From contig OW818658.1 in assembly GCA_942492815.1 (NCBI GenBank), positions 5,208,125 to 5,272,124 of the forward strand: 64,000 nucleotides of DNA, read 5' to 3'. The notes under the pieces were generated by a model. The model was not told where the DNA came from, searched no databases, and saw only the letters and a list, made by a program, of their open reading frames with translations. The stretch is from Candidatus Hydrogenedentales bacterium (GTDB taxonomy: Bacteria; Hydrogenedentota; Hydrogenedentia; Hydrogenedentales; JAEUWI01). This document shows, piece by piece, positions 61,271 to 64,000 of the stretch; position 1 is the first letter of the stretch, and each line of letters opens with the position of its first letter. The translations under genes were made by a program, and so were the position numbers.

Positions 61271-62532
61271 TTGCCCGCCTCCAGGCGCTGCCCGACGGCG
61301 CGCAGGAGCGCTTCGGATTCATCGAGCCATTCCACGAGTCGCTGGGGTCGATCCAGACCAAGGCTGCTCTCGCCTTCCGCGAGTTCCCCTGGCAATTTCC
61401 CATGCAGGGGTTCAAGCAGGGCAGCCAGTTCAGCGAGGGAGACCTCGTCCGTCTTCATGAAGGCGATCACCTCGGCCAGCTCGGCGAAGGGGCCGTCGTC
61501 GAAGGGCTCGCTGGTGGACTTCGGCGCCGTGGTGCTCACCTTCACCTTCTCAATCCAGACTTGATCGCCGCCGTGGATATTGGCGATGTTGCGAATCTCG
61601 CCCACCAGGCGTTTGGGCTGGGCCAGAAGTTCACCGTGGGCCTTGCTGGCACCCGTGAAGGTCACGCGAACCGCAAGCATGCGATCGCCGCAGGAATCGA
61701 GCGCCTGCAACAGGGCATCCTTGAAATCGTCAACGCACTCGTCCAGCGTGGCACAGCGCGATGCGTCCACGGCGATCTCCGCCCAGCGCACCACATCGAG
61801 TTCACGAAAATCGACCTCGTGACGGCCGTGATCATCGACAGTAATCACGAGGCAGCCCTTCGGCCCGGTCTCGCGAATGTGGCGGCCCTGAATATTGCCG
61901 GGAAACCAAATCGCCGGATCGAAAACGCGGACGGCCTCCTGCTTGTGAATGTGACCCAGGGCCCAGTAATCATAACCAAGTTTCTTCAGGCCCTCAATCG
62001 TGCAGGGGGCGTAGGTGTCGTGGCCTTCGTAGCCCGTGAGGCTGGTGTGGAGCAAACCGATGTTGTACACGCCCGGCACGGCCTTGGGATAGTTGGCGCT
62101 GAGGTCCGCGGTCACCGCACGGGTGGCGAAGCCCTGGCCGTGAAGGGCCACGCCGATGTCTTCCAGTTGTATCGTCGCCGCCTTCTTCGTGGTGAATCGG
62201 TGGACGTTGTCCGGCAGTTGGAGGCTCTTGGTCATGACGCTCTGGGCGTCGTGGTTGCCTGCAATGAGGTACACGGGAATCTTCGCATCCCGGAGGCGCG
62301 CCATCTGGCGGGCAAAGAAAAGCCCGGTATTGTGATCGGGCCAGTCACCGTCGTAGACATCCCCCGCGATGAGGACAAAGTCTACTTCTTCCTCCAACGC
62401 GACATGGACGAGATTTTCCAGGGCGCGGCGGGTCGCGCCGCGGAGGGCCTCTTCCGGCGCGCCTTCATAGTGCGCCAGTCCAAGGAGGGGGCTGTCGAGG
62501 TGGAGATCGGCTGCATGGATGAATTTAGACAT
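61267..62532 (-). CDS. SbcD/YhaO-like calcineurin-type metallophosphoesterase nuclease
   Basis: ATG at 62532 gives MSKFIHAADLHLD (motif I); GDVYD and GNHD motifs; 4-nt overlap with the ATPase gene. Confidence 0.85.
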   Translation of the reverse strand: MSKFIHAADLHLDSPLLGLAHYEGAPEEALRGATRRALENLVHVALEEEVDFVLIAGDVYDGDWPDHNTGLFFARQMARLRDAKIPVYLIAGNHDAQSVMTKSLQLPDNVHRFTTKKAATIQLEDIGVALHGQGFATRAVTADLSANYPKAVPGVYNIGLLHTSLTGYEGHDTYAPCTIEGLKKLGYDYWALGHIHKQEAVRVFDPAIWFPGNIQGRHIRETGPKGCLVITVDDHGRHEVDFRELDVVRWAEIAVDASRCATLDECVDDFKDALLQALDSCGDRMLAVRVTFTGASKAHGELLAQPKRLVGEIRNIANIHGGDQVWIEKVKVSTTAPKSTSEPFDDGPFAELAEVIAFMKTDEVSLAELAALLEPLHGKLPGELAEGESSLGLDRPQRLVEWLDESEALLRAVGQRLEAGK

Positions 62533-62653
62533 GGGGCTCTCGGGGTTCTGGAAATATCCGGGTGTGCTCCAATGTACACGGTACGGCATATGTCCGCAAG
62601 CTGTGAGGGCAGCCTTTGCCTCGCCGTCCCTGTTGCGCTGTGGCTGGCCGCTG

Positions 62654-63826
62654 CTAGGTCGCGCGTTCCTCGGCAAGCGGCGCGGACATACTGGCGGCGC
62701 AGGTGTGTACCGTGTGGATGCAGAGCAGGTAGACGGCGGGAAGGGCCAGATAGTAAACCCGAATTTCGTCGATGGCGCCAAATGCAATATAGAGCGGAGT
62801 TATTAACGCCATGATGCCGAGAAACATGCTTCTGACCCAGCGGGGCTTGTCCTTCCAACCAAGAAGGACGAGGGGAATGAAGAGCGCCAGGTTGAGCACA
62901 TTATAGGAACGCGGCACCGGAATAAGCCGGGCGAAGTTGTCCGTGAAAGCGTAGTAGGTGGAGGGCCGCAGGAAGAAGGCGAGGTTGTCCCACAGGTGAA
63001 ATTCCACGTGGGCGCCGGGATTGTTCGCGAGGGCGGCGCGCACCGACAGCACCGTTAACCCGCCCAGCAACACATGCAGCGCCACGTGCAGCCCGAGCTG
63101 TTTTCGGGGCATCGCGCCGAAATACAGGGCCAGGAAGTACACGACCGTAAACACGCCCGTCTCCTTGTTCAGACAGGCAAGTATGAAGCAAAAGTAGTAG
63201 GGAATCCAGCGCCTTGCCAGGAGCAGCGCGAGACAGGCCAGGGCCCAGAATATCTCGGGGAAGTCGTAGATGAAACCGCAATTTAGAAAGGTCAAAGCCA
63301 GAAAGGGAAGCGCCACCACGGGAGCGAAGTCAACAAAGAGTTGCGAATAGCCGTAGACCCGCCGGGTGATATGCCGCAGCAGCAGGAGCACGCCGAAGAG
63401 GTTCGCAAAGAGAAAGACATGCCCCACGATGCGTTCCACGGTGCGCTCGGTGCGCCAGTTGTACACCGCCCTCACTTCGCGCAGCTTTTGGGAGAGCGCC
63501 GAATCCGGCGCGACGGATTCGACCGTTTCAATCCGGTGGCGGATGCCCTCCGGCACGATCGCGGAAAGGGCGTTGATGGCGGCGGGCGTCAGCACGCGAT
63601 AGGCATAGGGGCGCTTGGTTTCGTGATCCATATAGCGCTCGAAATTGAGCCAGGAATGTTTGGCGTCGCCGAACCCAAACTCCCCCATGAACAGGTGTAG
63701 CACGATGGCCGCGGTAAGAAAGTAAGCAAAGAAGAGGAGATAGAAGTAGACCGCGCAGCGAGGTTGAAGCAGGCGACTGATCCGGCCCAACCGGGCGAAA
63801 ATAAAGGAAGAGAGAGGACGCTCCAT
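62654..63826 (-). CDS. Hypothetical integral membrane protein (multi-TM)
   Basis: ATG at 63826 (MERPLSSF...); numerous hydrophobic helices; no recognised family. Confidence 0.5.
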   Translation of the reverse strand: MERPLSSFIFARLGRISRLLQPRCAVYFYLLFFAYFLTAAIVLHLFMGEFGFGDAKHSWLNFERYMDHETKRPYAYRVLTPAAINALSAIVPEGIRHRIETVESVAPDSALSQKLREVRAVYNWRTERTVERIVGHVFLFANLFGVLLLLRHITRRVYGYSQLFVDFAPVVALPFLALTFLNCGFIYDFPEIFWALACLALLLARRWIPYYFCFILACLNKETGVFTVVYFLALYFGAMPRKQLGLHVALHVLLGGLTVLSVRAALANNPGAHVEFHLWDNLAFFLRPSTYYAFTDNFARLIPVPRSYNVLNLALFIPLVLLGWKDKPRWVRSMFLGIMALITPLYIAFGAIDEIRVYYLALPAVYLLCIHTVHTCAASMSAPLAEERAT

Positions 63827-64000
63827 TGGATACCCCTGAAGATTGACTCGGTTCCTGTACGAACTTTCCGACGACCGCTGGCTGGTGCCACCAGTCCCGG
63901 CCTTGAAAACTCCTGCCACCTCCCTCAAGCATACCTGGGATACTGCGGAAGATCAAACAGCTATCCGGAGGCCAAAGCACACCCCGCTCCTTGCAGCAGT

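Overview
High-GC (~60%) bacterial chromosomal window, most likely from the Planctomycetota/Verrucomicrobiota (PVC) group: it carries the PSCyt1-PSCyt2(DUF1549)-PSD1(DUF1553) + DUF1501 gene pair, a GH92 mannosidase and a giant FGE-sulfatase-domain lipoprotein. Housekeeping genes (icd, serA, gyrA, gyrB, recF, a DUF721/DciA-like gene, plsC, cdsA, a CDP-alcohol phosphatidyltransferase, hsp20, speH, a deoxyhypusine-synthase-like gene) are interleaved with accessory content: a complete Type I restriction-modification locus with RhuM (rhuM-hsdR-hsdM-hsdS, minus strand), a TetR-controlled SDR-SDR-WrbA operon, two-component systems, a MerC-like protein, an MBOAT + DltD-like pair and an SbcCD-like (YhaO/YhaN-type) nuclease/ATPase pair. 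The most unusual signal is non-coding. Two families of long, highly structured repeat elements fill several intergenic regions. Family 1 is a ~330-400 bp palindromic element with 4 copies; family 2 is a ~260-330 bp unit in tandem pairs sharing GGGGACGTACCGCCGC and GCGGCGGCATGTCCC boxes. Two family-1 copies are interleaved with in-frame silent copies of the hsdS 3' conserved-region cassette directly downstream of hsdS. A 189-bp MITE-like element with 32-bp perfect terminal inverted repeats sits between hsdS and hsdM. There are also arrays of short direct plus inverted repeats in the promoter regions of secreted hydrolase genes. No rRNA, tRNA or CRISPR array was recognised. All family assignments are from reading motifs in the translated ORFs and nothing was searched against a database. 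Coordinates of non-coding features are hand-counted and may be off by a few bases.
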